The notes beneath the pieces were generated by a model, which saw only the letters and a list, made by a program, of their open reading frames with translations, was not told the DNA's origin and did no database searches. Positions 44,634 to 57,545 of a DNA stretch of 64,000 nt are shown one piece after another. Location of the stretch: NCBI RefSeq assembly GCF_009914755.1, contig NC_060944.1. One strand, given 5' to 3'. Source of the DNA: the human T2T-CHM13v2.0 reference genome, Homo sapiens. Made by a program: the position numbers and the translations under genes. Position 1 is the first letter of the stretch, and every line of letters starts with the position of its first letter.

Positions 44634-45694
44634 CCAGGCCATCCTGATAAACAGCACTTAAGTATTATGACGATTTAAATATCATCTTTTGAGAAGCCAA
44701 GTGCTACGTTTGTGTCCAAGGGCAGGAAATACAATGCCATTCTAAACCCTTCCGTGTAAACCAGACTCTGCGGAGCACTGGCTCTCTGTGCCCTGTTTGT
44801 TTCCACTCTCAGCTTTCACCTTTTCTCCATGTCCTTGCGTCCCCGTGGCCTCCTCCTTCCCAGCTGCTGTGGCTCAGGTGCTTCAGGTGCACTGAGCACC
44901 CCAGGTCTTGGCAGACACGTTGTCCTCACATGAGAAGATGTGGGCTGCAATTGAGGTTCTTGGTTCCTTGTGAACTTTGTCTTCAAGCATCCAGCGTCAT
45001 TGATCCAAGCAGCTGTCACTCTGGCTCTGAGTCCTATGGGCACTCAGTTCCTCTCCAGAAGCTCTCAGGCCTTCCCTCCTTCCCTCCAGATTCTGAAATG
45101 TTGCCAGAAGGGGAAGCAACACCCTTTGCCTCAAGCCCGCTTGGTACTCGGGAGCCTGGCTCACATCTCTCTGTTCCCTTCCATGTTGTCCTCATGGAGC
45201 TGCAGTTGACACCCACTGGGTTGGCCCTTGAAACCCTAGCATCTCCCTCCTAACAGTCAACAGAAAACGCATCCAAAGCCCAGGTGCTGCAGAGCCCAGG
45301 TTAGGGGACATGCTGGGGCAGAGGGACTTACTTCAGAAGGACTTTTCTTGCCTATGAAAAGAATTGCTCCTTTTACAAAGAGGACATTGGCTGTTTTCTG
45401 TGTTGACCCAAAGAATAATTTCCCTTTGTTGCACAAAAAAAAAAAAGCAGAGCTGGACTTTAGAAGCTGAATGAATGGGGAAAGTTTCCATCTTTTTAAA
45501 AAATAAATTCTGCCCCTTGTGAACCCACAGGAACCCGACTGGAGAGCTGAAACCTCTGGGAAGCCAGGCCAGCCTCCGTGGCATTTTTCAAGTGTAATGT
45601 TTCCATCCTGGGTGTTTTTAAAGTCGTGATTGTCCCAGGGTTTTGAGGGATCCGCGGAGATGAGAATAGCGGTGTGAAATGATGCGTGACACTC

Positions 45695-45814
45695 ACCACA
45701 GACGGCCATGTCAGAGCCTTGTCTGGAACATGCAAGCAGAGGCTGGCTTCATGGACCACAGATGGCCGTGTCAGAGCCTTATCTGGAACATGCAAGCAGA
45801 GGCTGGCTCCATGG
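45695..45814. repeat. 60-bp tandem duplication
   Basis: Two copies at 45695 and 45755, 4 mismatches. Confidence 0.92.
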
Positions 45815-46547
45815 GCAGAGGCGCTGCTGGCGCCAGGCTCCCCGTCAGCCTGGGCAGGAAGCTCCACGGCCAACATCAGTGAGACTCCAGCCTCTTGGGG
45901 TCAAGGGCCCAGGCCGGCTAGGAACCTGAGAAGCCTTGTCCTTGCTGCCGGACGTCATCGCCTCTGAGAGCTGGTCTCTTGCTCTAGGCAGGGTCCCTGG
46001 GGTGACCCCCCAGCCTGCACCCCAACTGTCTACCACCCTCAGCTATCTGACACCTCTCCTGAAGAAGATGATTCCTGCCATGCCTGCAGAAAACTCCCAG
46101 GGGGCCACGGGAAGGGGAGCAAGATGGACAAGACTGGCCCTTCCCAGGCAGGAGAAAGGACAGCTGCCCCTCAAACCCACCATTCAGGGAAGGTGAGGCC
46201 AGGTGATGGGCCCTGGGGTAGCGCGGGCTCAGCACATGCCTGGTTCCGCCTGGTTCCTCCACCTGATGTAGGAAACACATTACCCAGTGCTCCTGCGCCT
46301 CAGTTTCCCCATCTGCAATGGAGGTAGCAGTGGCTCTACCGGGAGGTTACTATGATGCATAAGTGATGTTGCGCCGTGAAGAGCTGGCACAGCACGGGCA
46401 GAGAGTGACCAGGAACACGCTCCCACATCCCGACAGCTTGGTCCTTGTTGTCTGGGCTCCGGCTGAACAGGTCAGGACGAAGGTGCGGCCCCTTGGCTCT
46501 CGAAGTCACCATTTGCCGGCTGGACAAAGGTCCTTCCAGCTCAGCCT

Positions 46548-46832
46548 GTTTTTTTGTTTGTTTGTTTGTTTTAGACAAGGTCTCACTCATGTTGCCTAGG
46601 CTGGAGTGCAGCGGTACAATCACAGCTCACTGCAGCCTCGACTTCCCAGGGTCAAGCCATCCTCCCTTCTCAGCTTCCTGAGTAGCTGTGACTACAAGTG
46701 TGTGCCACCACACTCAGGAAATTTTTTTTTTTTTTTTGGTAGAGATGGAGGGCTCCCTAGGTTGTCCAGGCTGACATCAAACTGCTGGACTCAAGCAGTC
46801 TTCCCACCTCGGGCTTCCAGAGTGCTGGGATT
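46548..46832 (-). mobile_element. AluJ-like element
   Basis: Diverged antisense Alu. Confidence 0.85.
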
Positions 46833-47111
46833 ACTGTCCCTGGCTGAGCTTGGTTCTTGGTGACAATGGGGCGGTGACTGAGAACTCAAAGGACCATACA
46901 CCCCATGGCAGGCAGGAAACATGAGGCTCCTCTCCCCCAGCAGATTGGAAAAAGACAATGAGAAGCAGCTCAGCCCGCACCCCCCAGCCCATGTGAGCCA
47001 ACTTAAAAACAGCTCGAGTGGCAATTGCGTGGCCTCTCCCACTGTGGTGCTCGCACCCACCAGCCCTGGAGAAGTGCTGGGCCCCGCCCCAAAGCGTCTG
47101 ATGCCGCAGAG

Positions 47112-47345
47112 CTGTGTGTTGGGTGTGCTGCCCATGTGCACGTGTACACGAGTGTGTGTGTGTATATATGTGTCATACACATGCATGTGTGTGCACCTGG
47201 GTGTGCATGTGTGTGTCCATGTACGTGTGTTGTGTACATGTGTGCACGTGTGTGTGCATGTGTCGTACCTGTGTTGTACATGTGTTGTACCATGGCAGGC
47301 AGTACAGGTGTGTGTGTATATGTATACACACATGTGCACATGTGG
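47112..47345. repeat. (TG/TGCA)n low-complexity repeat
   Basis: Directly visible. Confidence 0.85.
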
Positions 47346-47841
47346 GAAGAATACCTATTTCTGACAAGTCTCCGGGTGAGGCTGAGTCTGCCGTTGCAGG
47401 GCCCGCATTCTGAGCACCCTGGGTCTATCAGAACTCAAGCCCTCCTCCTCCTCCTACTGTCCCATCCCACAGAGGATAAGAGGTGTGCATGTGGACGGGG
47501 GTTCCAGGACAGCATGGCTTCTCACAGCAGAAACACGCAGCAGAATCTGTCCATCAAGGCAGGCGTGGTGAAATCAGTTAGGCACCCTTACCTAGGAATC
47601 CTCTGCGCCCACAAAAGCAGTACCTGGAGAGCCAGGTCCTGGGTCTCCCCTGGGCTATCATGGCCTGCCTCTCTCCCTCCCTCTACAGACCCTAAGGAGC
47701 ACCCGGCAGGGAGAGCACCGCCCACCCTGCCCCTCAGTCATGCAGCTCACATCGGGCAGAGGTGACGCTGTGGACCTGGGTGGGCCCCACGTTTCAAGTC
47801 AAATCAAGCTGCTGACCAGGAGGTAATTCAGGCAAAAGGAG

Positions 47842-48129
47842 CAGAATCATCAGATAAAAGGTAGGATGCCCAGTTATATTTGAATTTCAGATAATTCAAA
47901 TTTGATTCAAATTTGATAATTAAAATGTGAATGATTTTATAGTATAAGTATGTCCCGAATATATACATGGATTATATTACATTATGCTATGTTATATCAT
48001 ATTATTTTATTAGGAAGGTGGTGACCACTGCTAACCAGAAGGTGCCTGTCTCCCAGCCTCATGGGAACACGTGGTTCTTGGTCATGAGAGCTGGGTACAG
48101 TGGAAGGGATGTTTAGAAGGCTTTGGTCA

Positions 48130-48176
<47 letters not shown>

Positions 48177-48271
48177 GGGGCATACTTACACTACAAAATT
48201 ATTCAATGTTTTTCTGAAATTCAAATTTACCTGGGCATCCTGTATTTTTATGTTAAATCTGGCAACCCCTG
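47842..48271. mobile_element. Palindromic non-autonomous hAT DNA transposon (MER53-like), split by an insertion and (AT)n
   Basis: Left arm aggatgcccagttatatttgaatttcagataa...agtatgtcccgaatat is the reverse complement of the right arm atattcggggcatact...ctgaaattcaaatttacctgggcatcct; ends in ctggcaacccctg. Confidence 0.85.
48013..48135. repeat. Inverted repeat arm A (123 bp; partner 49299-49421)
   Basis: 12 mismatches in 123 bp against the reverse complement of 49299-49421. Confidence 0.95.
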
Positions 48272-49298
48272 AAAAGAGCCAAAACCCCCTCAGGCGGTCG
48301 AGAGTGCGGCAGCCAAGCCAGCACGCTGCAGCTCCCTCCTTCTCGGGGCCGTGGCCTGGCCCTGCAGGGGACATCGTGGGAACAATAATTGTCCAAGTCT
48401 AGTGCTGGGGGCATCATGGGCGCTGCCCCAGAGCCACAACCAGCCCGCCTTTCAGTCAGCATGGTGAGTCTTCCGATGCCCCATGTGAAGAATTGAACTT
48501 CTTTTCTGAAAGCTGAGAGTGGCCCCCTCGTGGTGGGCAGGTTCCCAGGGAACGGAAACGCCTTCCCTTGGTTCCCTCCAGCAGAGTTCAGACAGGAGCC
48601 AAGATCTGGGTCCAAACAGTGGGTGGAAAACGCCCCCTAGAGGTGTGATGTGTTGGCTGCAAGCCTGGTGGCTGGGCCTGGGGACACCCTCACCAGGTTG
48701 CCTTCAATGGGGGGTTCCCCTGAAGCCCAACTTTTAATTTTCTGCAACCACAGGCTACTTTGGTCAGAAGGGAAATAATTAGATCAGAACCTTAATAGCG
48801 TTAATTTCCCCCAAATAGGAAGAAAGCAAAGGGAGGGGACATGAGAGCTGTTAATTAGGTGACGACCTCTCCTACCTGCTGTGTTGGAAAAGCGGCTCTA
48901 TGGAAGACATAGCATCCAGGGCAGGAAGAGGCAGGCTCGGTGGTGTTGGGTTGGAAAGCCCCCGCCTCGTCCGGCGGCCATGCAGTCCCCAGCACCTCTG
49001 AGTCCACTCAGCCCAGGGAAGAGGACAACAGAGCTGTGCTCAGTGTCCAGCTGTCTGGATGAGGCCCAGGGAGATGGCCTGTGGTGGAGCAGGAGGACCT
49101 GGGGAAACAAAACCCACAGTGGCTGCCCAGCTGCAAAGGCTGCGTTCTTTCTACAGTGTCTGGGGTCTCAGGTATGAGTGGCAGAGGGAGCAGTCCCATC
49201 AGCCATGTCAGCCTCGTTGCAATGGAATTCCACTTCTGTCCCAGACACTCAGCCAGACAGGAGGAAACTGTGACCACAGGCATGTGGACACGCAAGGG

Positions 49299-49421
49299 TA
49301 TGTTTGAGCAAAGCCTTCTAAACATCCCTTCCATTGCACCCGACTCTCATGACCAAGAACCAGGTGTCCCCATGGGGCTGGGAGATGGGCACCCTCTGGT
49401 TAGCAGTGGTCACCCCCTTCC
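49299..49421. repeat. Inverted repeat arm B (123 bp; partner 48013-48135)
   Basis: As for arm A. Confidence 0.95.
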
Positions 49422-51149
49422 AGAGATGACATCAGCTCCCCAGGCAAGAAACTCCACTTAGAACCCAGAGCCGATCTGAGGAATGATTCATGCAGCTAGA
49501 CTTATACAAGACTGATCTATAAGCTGGAAGGCTTGTATGTTCACTGACCATGGGAAAGCCTTTCCAGGGCCTGAGCGTTTCCCACTTGGGATCCAAGTCC
49601 TCTGTTCCTGGGATCAAGATATTTGGGAAGCCACATCCATCTTTTGAAGGAAATTTGAGCAACAGGGATCAAAGAGTGAGGATCATTCATTCCATCCCCG
49701 TAAGGGAGGGAATGGGTCAGTAGGTTGTGTAGCCAGTCCACAAATGGTCACTGTCCACCTGCTGTGTGTTGGCCTTGCCTGAGAGGTGGGGGACAGTGGT
49801 GCCACGCCATTCCCAGCCCTGGCCCCCTGGAGCCAGCTGATAGCCTGGCAGGGGAGGCACACGTTGAACAAATTATCATCCGTGATTCACAATGACAAGT
49901 GTGCAAAGTGTATCCCACAAAGCACTTATTGAGTGAGAAACACAGGTGTGTGGCCACAGAGACCAAATGGGACCCTCACAGCTGGGGCGGTGACCTTGGA
50001 GCTGAGAGTGAAGGCTGCGCAGGAGAGAGACAGGCAAAGGGGTGGGGGCAGGCATTTGCACCCCAGGGGGCTGCAGGGTGATTTGCAAGGGGAGCCCAGG
50101 TGAGGGTCCACAGGGACTAGAGCAGGCCAAGAAGGGAGGTTGGTCAGGGGTCGGCTGGAGCCAGGCTTCTGAGGGTTGATTCCCGGCTCTGCCCTCAACC
50201 CAGGCAGTTCCCCACTCTACTCATCTCTGACTCCTCCCCTCAAAGCAGGCGTGACAGCGGCACCTGCCTCAGAAAGGAGGGGGCGTGTGGGGAAAGCAGG
50301 TATTTCATGACGACCGCCCAGCATAGAGCCCTGGAGACAGTACCCCTGCCCAGGTTCCCACTGGAGCAGGCAGACAGCCCCGGCTGGGATGAGCCAAGCG
50401 TGTGTCTCCTTGTGGACCCGGCCCAATGTGGGGCTCAGCACCCTCGGGTCTCCTGGTCCGGGCTCCTGTCTCACGCTTTTATGCCATCTTTTCTCAATAG
50501 GCACAGGGGACCCCCAAGGGAGGAGGCGCTCCAGACTGAAGGAGGAGAGTACCTGGCAGGGACGGGTGGAGAGGCGCAGGGACCCCAAGGTGTCCAGGGA
50601 ACAGTAAGGAGATGAGTAACGGTGAGGGTCCCGTCTCCCGAGCGTATCTGTGCTAAGGGGCTGTGGGCTGGGCTTCATTCCTCTTTAGAGCAAGGCTGAG
50701 GCCAGGGCCACCTAGGGGCCAGGGTAGAAGACGTACCACGTGACAGCAGTGGCCTAGACCCCTCACGAAGTCTCACTGGGCCATATCTCCACCAGGGCAT
50801 GGCAGGGACCGGTATCACCAGCGGCCCCCTGCACAGATGGGGAAGCTGAGGCCCAGGTCCCAGTCAGCCAAGCCAGCTCTTGGACCACTCAGCGGTCCCA
50901 GCAGGTGAGGCTGACCAGAGCCTGCCTGGGCTAAGAGGCTGCGTTCACCAGTGCCAGCTGTGGTTGGTCACCAGGATGCCTGAGCGCGCTGGCACGGGCC
51001 CAGGGCACCCTGCAGAGCAACCAACCCTCACCGAGATCCCCAGGGAAGGGGCTGTTGTTGGCCCATTGTACGGAGGAGGGCACTGAACCCTCAAGAGGCT
51101 CAGGGCCTCGCCCGGTCACACAGCTGGAAGGCGCCAGAGCCAGGAAAGG

Positions 51150-51700
51150 GACCCGGAAGCCCGACCCGGAGCCTACACCCGCAGAGGCGAAAACATCTGC
51201 GTAGCGGCTCCCTGGCCAGTGGGCCGTGGTGGGCGTGGCCGAGAGGGAATGGGGCGGAGAGAAGCCCGTGAGGGCAGGGCGGAGGCGGAGGCGGAGGCGG
51301 AGCGGGCGGAGCCGGAGGCCGCGGCGGCCTTGATTGGAGGCCGCCTTAAGCTCGTCATGGATGCGTTTTGACCTGGCGGCCCCGCCCCTGACCCGCCCCC
51401 GAGCCGCCCTCCCGAGCGCTTCCCCGCCCGGCCCCAGCCTAGGCCCCGCCCTGATCTCGCCCCCTCTTCACCGCCCGGCCCCGGCCCCGCCCCGCGGTGG
51501 GGCCTCCGCAGCGACCCGCGGTTAACGCTTCCCCAGAGCTTGGGCTGCGCGGCGGCCGGGAGTCGGAGGCAGGCGGTCAAGGCCGGCAGGGCCGGACCCC
51601 CTACTTGCCCTTTCTCCCAGCAGGCGCTGGACTCTGGGGGCGGGCGTGAGCCCCTCCGTCCCGCACCCAGACCCGGGCAGCGAGCCCTATGCCTGCAGTA
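51150..51700. promoter_or_regulatory. CpG island with clustered GC boxes and an inverted CCAAT box
   Basis: gggcggaggcggaggcggaggcgg at ~51277-51300, gattgg at ~51332, many ccccgccc. Confidence 0.7.
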
Positions 51701-51842
51701 ATTGTGGGGTTTCTGGTTTTGTTTTTTCCTTAACATCTTTATTGAGACCGTTAAGTTCACCCGCTTAAAGCGCACGATTCGGTGGGGTTTTGTTGCGAGC
51801 AACCGTGGCCACTATCTAATTCCAGAGCATTTCACCTCCTTA

Positions 51843-52227
<385 letters not shown>

Positions 52228-52712
52228 CTATTCCTATGGAGTTGCCAGTTCTGGCTCTTCCTGTGAATGGATTCCCATGCTGTGTATTTTCGTGTCTGAA
52301 TTCTCTGACTTTCGTCTCAGCCCGCACCCACGCTGCCGCAGTCCGCGCTCGCTGCTTTTAGGCTGAACGCGGCTGCGCCGTGCGGGTGCCCGCGCTCCGG
52401 GCGCCCCTCGCAGGTTCAGCCCCGGGTTGGGGGCGGCGCTTGCCTCGCGGCTGCGGGTCCCAGCCTGAACCTGTGTCTTGTTCCACTGCCGCGGGCGCCC
52501 GCCACGGAGCTGCTGCTTCCTAGGGAGACGGTTCCATCGTTGAAGGAACGGCCAGACTGTCTTTCGCAGCAGCGGCCCATCTGACCGCACAGCACGACCG
52601 CACGAGGGTCCCGAGCCCTGACCCTCGCAGCACTCGTCACCCCGGCCGCGTGGTTGTGGCGGTCTCGGCGGGGCAGGGGGTCCCCACGCGGGCTGATTCT
52701 CGTTTCGCGTGA

Positions 52713-53074
<362 letters not shown>

Positions 53075-53294
53075 TTAGCCGTTTTATAGTTAGATTGTCT
53101 TTTTATTATCGAGTTATAAGAATTATTTATACCTTCTACAAGGAAGTTCATTATCAGATATAGGATTTGCAAATATTTTCTCTCATCTGTGGGTCGTCTT
53201 TTCACTTTTCTGATGGTTTCCTTTGAAGCACAGACTTTTTTGTTTGGGTGCAGTGTATTTCTTACTGTGCTTTAAAGAGGAACACGTTTTAAGA

Positions 53295-53491
53295 ACCCCC
53301 GCGCGGGGCGGAGCAGGGCGGAGTCCCCGGCGGGAAGGGACCCGAGACCTCGGCTGCGCCTGCGCCGACGCCGGCGCGTGAGCCCGAGCGCGTACCCGGC
53401 GGAGCGCGCGCCCGCCCCCGAGTGCGCCTGCGCGGAGCTCGTGGCCGCGCCTGCTCCCGCCGGGGGCTCCTTGCTCGGCCGGGCCGCGGCC
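53295..53491 (+). promoter_or_regulatory. MRGBP: MRGBP CpG-island promoter and 5'UTR
   Basis: GC boxes at 53306 and 53316, E2F-like ggcgggaa at 53329-53336, two NRF1-like GCGCCTGCGC at 53356-53365 and 53424-53433. Confidence 0.75.
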
Positions 53492-53639
53492 ATGGGAGAG
53501 GCCGAGGTGGGCGGCGGGGGCGCCGCAGGCGACAAGGGCCCGGGGGAGGCGGCCACCAGCCCGGCGGAGGAGACAGTGGTGTGGAGCCCCGAGGTGGAGG
53601 TGTGCCTCTTCCACGCCATGCTGGGCCACAAGCCCGTCG
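53492..53639 (+). CDS. MRGBP: MRG/MORF4L-binding protein (NuA4/TIP60 subunit, Eaf7 family), coding exon 1
   Basis: Kozak gccATGG; [49 protein letters not shown](G); donor g|gtgagc. Confidence 0.96.
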
Positions 53640-54077
53640 GTGAGCGCCCAGGCTGCGGACGCGCGTGGGGGCGGGGCGGGCAACCGGCGGGGCGGGGCGG
53701 GGCCTGCGCTCGCGACACCCTCGCCCCCACGCTCCCCGCCGAGCCCGGGCCGTGACACCGCCGCCACACCCGTCCCGGGACCCCCGCCCCCTCCCACGCG
53801 CCCTTCGGACCCCGCCCCGGACCCCGCCCACGACCCCTACCCCCGTGAGACCGCGAGGTCCCAGCCCGCAGTGCCCCACCCCCACCCCCGCCCCGGGACA
53901 GCCCACCCCCTCCCACACACACCACCCAGCCCTGCCCCCCCACAGCCCCTCCACACCCTGGCCCTCCCCATCTCTCCGCAGCCACCCTTGCCCCTCCAGT
54001 CCCCAGGGCAGCCCGTCCCCTCCATCCCCTTTCTCCTCCCCGCTCACCGGTTATCCCGCCGCCCCTCCTCCCCTCAG

Positions 54078-54199
54078 GTGTGAACCGACACTTCCACATG
54101 ATTTGTATTCGGGACAAGTTCAGCCAGAACATCGGGCGGCAGGTCCCATCCAAGGTCATCTGGGACCATCTGAGCACCATGTACGACATGCAGGCGCTG
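54078..54199 (+). CDS. MRGBP: MRGBP exon 2
   Basis: ccctcag|GT; [40 protein letters not shown]; donor gtgagc. Confidence 0.96.
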
Positions 54200-55554
54200 G
54201 TGAGCCCAACCGCCCTCCCTGTGCCGCCCGATGGGGGCACGAACCCGCACACCGCTCTCTGAGAGTCAGCCTGAGCTGGGCAGAGGCCCCTCCATGTCTG
54301 CTGGGGTCTGCTGGGCAGAGTAGAGGCCCCTCCATGCCTGCTGGGGTCTGCAGTGAGCTCTCAGGGTCAGCCTGAGCTGGGCAGAGGCCCCTCCGTGCCT
54401 GCTGGGGTCCCCTGGGCAGAGACCCCTGCAGTGAGGCCCGTCCTTAAGGAGGACATCCCGGGGCTCCAGAGCCTGTCATGGAAAGCACAAACACAGTGCT
54501 AGCAGCTGGCTAGCTTTTCAGGGGCTCTGCTTTAGACTGGGTGCTGGGCCAGAGTCTCCAGCTGAGACCCTGGGGAGGGAGGGAAGGATGCAGAGTCCCG
54601 GGCCCTTAGGCCATTGTCAGCCTCCTGGGAGGCCCCCGAAGTGCTTTAGGCAGAGGGTGACCCTATCTGAGTCACACCAAGGTGAATTTGGTGACTTCTG
54701 TGGGAGTCAGACAAGTAGAGTTCCAGTCCTCGCAGAGCTTGGAGCTGGCACTGTGTGACAGGCGAGCGGGTTAACTAGGTAAGCAGGGTGGCCAGAAGAG
54801 ACAGGTGGGTGTTCCAGGCCCTGTGGCAGCAGGAGGTGGTGGGTCCAGGAGCTCAAAGAAGGTGGTGTACTTGGAGAGTGGGGTGGGGGTCAGGGGTCAG
54901 GTGACCAGGAGGAGTGGGGACCTGTGCTGGTGGAGAGTCTGTGCCAGCCACGTTGGACTCAGGGCCACACCGGCCATCAGTATGACATAGGTCTCTCCCT
55001 CTGGTCTGTGCGACCTCAGGAGGGCAGTGCCTGGCAAGCACTCTCTTCTTCTTTGCCTGGTTCTGTGCCTGTGGCGCTCCCAACCGACACCCTCGGTGTC
55101 CATGGGCTCCTGCCACGTGGATGAGAACTCGAGGTGCCTGCGGCCTTTCCCCAGGGCTGTCACTGTGCCCTCTGCATGCCGCCTTGGGGAACGCAGTCTC
55201 ATGGTGAGACTGCAGGCCGTGCTGGGCAGGCGGAGCCCACAGGTGTGTGTCACCAGGGCTGCCCGGTCCTCAGGGCCCGCCTTAGTGATGCTGGCCCCGG
55301 TGGGTCTTCCTGACTCCTGCATCTGCTGCCGCTGGTTCTGCCCTCCCTGGGTCTGTCTGGAAAGCCCAGCTGTGGCAGGCGCTGTTCACAAAAAGAAGAA
55401 ATGCCCTTTGCCCTTGCCCCGCCCGCCGCAGCCTCCAACACAGTGATGTGTGCTCATTGGCCTCTCCCCAAGTGGCTCTTACACGGCTCTAGTGACTTCT
55501 TGAAACTGCATCTTCACCCTTGTTTCTTAAACAAAACTCTCTATTTGATATCAG

Positions 55555-55636
55555 CATGAGTCTGAGATTCTTCCATTCCCGAATCCAGAGAGGAACTTCG
55601 TCCTTCCAGAAGAGATCATTCAGGAGGTCCGAGAAG
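55555..55636 (+). CDS. MRGBP: MRGBP exon 3
   Basis: tatcag|CAT; [27 protein letters not shown](G); donor gtgagg. Confidence 0.95.
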
Positions 55637-55942
55637 GTGAGGCTCGGGAAAGGTTGGGCTTGGGATTCAGAAAAGGCCAGACCCTGGCCAAGGGCAGGGA
55701 GGTGAGGGTGAGGACCCCGGGCCTCCAGGGAGGTGTGAGGGTCCAGCGCAGACCCCGCCCTACCTGTGCTTGGGTGGTCTTGGAACCTCCGGGATTGGAG
55801 AGGACTTTGTTTGAGAGCAGTGGCTGGACGGAAGCTGAGGCCTGTGTGGGCAGCAAGCGTCGGAGCAGTCCCTGGCCTGACCATCCCCCAGCGTCGGCCA
55901 CCACCGTGGGTTTTCGGTGAGCGTCAGCTGTCTCCTCCACAG

Positions 55943-56017
55943 GAAAAGTGATGATAGAAGAGGAGATGAAAGAGGAGATGAAGGAAGACGTGGACCCCCA
56001 CAATGGGGCTGACGATG
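55943..56017 (+). CDS. MRGBP: MRGBP exon 4
   Basis: ccacag|GA; [24 protein letters not shown]; donor gtgagt. Confidence 0.95.
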
Positions 56018-56423
56018 GTGAGTGTGGAGCTCACCCTGCCCTGATGCCCTTTGGGGCTCAGCACCCCAAGACTGCCTTCAGGCAGGGCACAGTCAGGTGG
56101 GCGTAGAGCCTGCGGTGCAGAGGCCCCAGGCAGGTCATCTAGGCACAGGATGGATCCTGCAGTGCCCCCTCCCCAGGAGCTGAGTGCCTGCTCCATGTTG
56201 TAGGCCAGGGTCTGAGCGGCGGTCCCTGCAGTGCCCGCCGCAGGCAGGTCCTCAGGAGGACCAGGCCCCTCTGTGGGCCCAAATGCAAGGGGCTCCCAGC
56301 TCAGGAGGAAGCTTTGGGTTCAGAGGGTCACGTGTCAGTATGCAGATTTTTTTAACTGAACAGGAAGACAAAAATAAGATTCTGGATATTCTGTTTTCAG
56401 CCAAGTGATTTTTCGTTTCTCAG

Positions 56424-56611
56424 TTTTTTCATCTTCAGGGAGTTTGGGGAAAGCATCAGAAAAATCCAGCAAAGACAAAGAGAAGAACTCCTCAGACTTG
56501 GGGTGCAAAGAAGGCGCAGACAAGCGGAAGCGCAGCCGGGTCACCGACAAAGTCCTGACCGCAAACAGCAACCCTTCCAGTCCCAGTGCTGCCAAGCGGC
56601 GCCGCACGTAG
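56424..56611 (+). CDS. MRGBP: MRGBP exon 5, coding part
   Basis: ttctcag|TT; (V)[20 protein letters not shown]...[10 protein letters not shown]; exons sum to 148+122+82+75+188 = 615 nt = 204 aa plus stop. Confidence 0.95.
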
Positions 56612-57004
56612 ACCCTCAGCCCTGGTGGCGGCAGAGAAGCGGGCGAGGCACTGTGGTCGCTGAGGGGGTTGGCTGGGTCTGAGTGCCACCCCCCAGGCCA
56701 CAGTGATACCATCCCAGTGCCATGAGCCCACACTGCCCGCCCTCAGGCTCTCAGGTGAACGTGGCCGTCAGCGGGGAAACGTGTGTGTCAGTTGGACCAT
56801 GTGGGACCCTGATGGACCTGAAAGACCAGGATCGGTCCAGCTCAGATATTGAGGGCTCTGAAGCCTCGTTCTGTCTTCTCTGGAGCAGCTGTGGCTTCCC
56901 CGTGGCTGCTTGGTGACATGGATTAGCGCTACGTGGGCTGCAGCATTTGGGATCCAGGCTACCTAGAGGGGCATCGGGCCAGGGAAAACCTCGGATTAGC
57001 AAGC

Positions 57005-57010
57005 AATAAA
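57005..57010 (+). terminator. MRGBP proximal poly(A) signal candidate (AATAAA)
   Basis: gcaataaaaac. Confidence 0.55.
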
Positions 57011-57539
57011 AACATGACCTCACTCTTCCTCAAAGGAGCCCCTGGTCTTCCCTGTGTGACTCAGTTCTTTCCATCTGTTTGTCCCGCTGCAAGCCTCTTT
57101 CTGCGCTGACTGTGACATCGGAACGTGGCCTTCCTGTCACCCCCTCCGTGCCACGCACTGAAGGCCACCCCCCCCCACCTGGGAAACTAAGAACTGGATA
57201 TTTTGCCTCATTCACTTGTACTGTAACAATGTATATAATTTGGTTGGTATTTCACTATTTAATTTTTAAGAAGCCTATTTTACTAGTGTTTTATATGAAC
57301 AAAGTACTGCAGAAGTTAAACCTGTGTTGTATTTTTTCTGAGATGTTTTGCTTTAAGAGATACTTTTTGCTCAGTTTTTATATGCCAGATACAGAGAATT
57401 TGTAGCGGTTATTTTTGTATGATCTAGTAACTTGCAAACAGACCAAATGGATGAGAGGCGGGGACCGTGCAGCTGTCGGCTGATGAGGAGGCGGCCGCCC
57501 CAGTGCTGATGGAGATGCCACTTTCGTGTGACTGCGAAC

Positions 57540-57545
57540 ATTAAA
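57540..57545 (+). terminator. MRGBP poly(A) signal candidate (ATTAAA)
   Basis: Preceded by U-rich/UGUA sequence and followed by gttgtgtgattttt. Confidence 0.55.

Noticed and set aside
53378-53491. In-frame GTG-initiated N-terminal extension of MRGBP
   Set aside because: Overlaps promoter motifs, ATG 53492 has a strong Kozak context, and nothing in the sequence supports non-AUG initiation.
53183-54375. 204-326-aa ORFs across the MRGBP CpG island
   Set aside because: GC-rich shadow frames with no recognisable domain.
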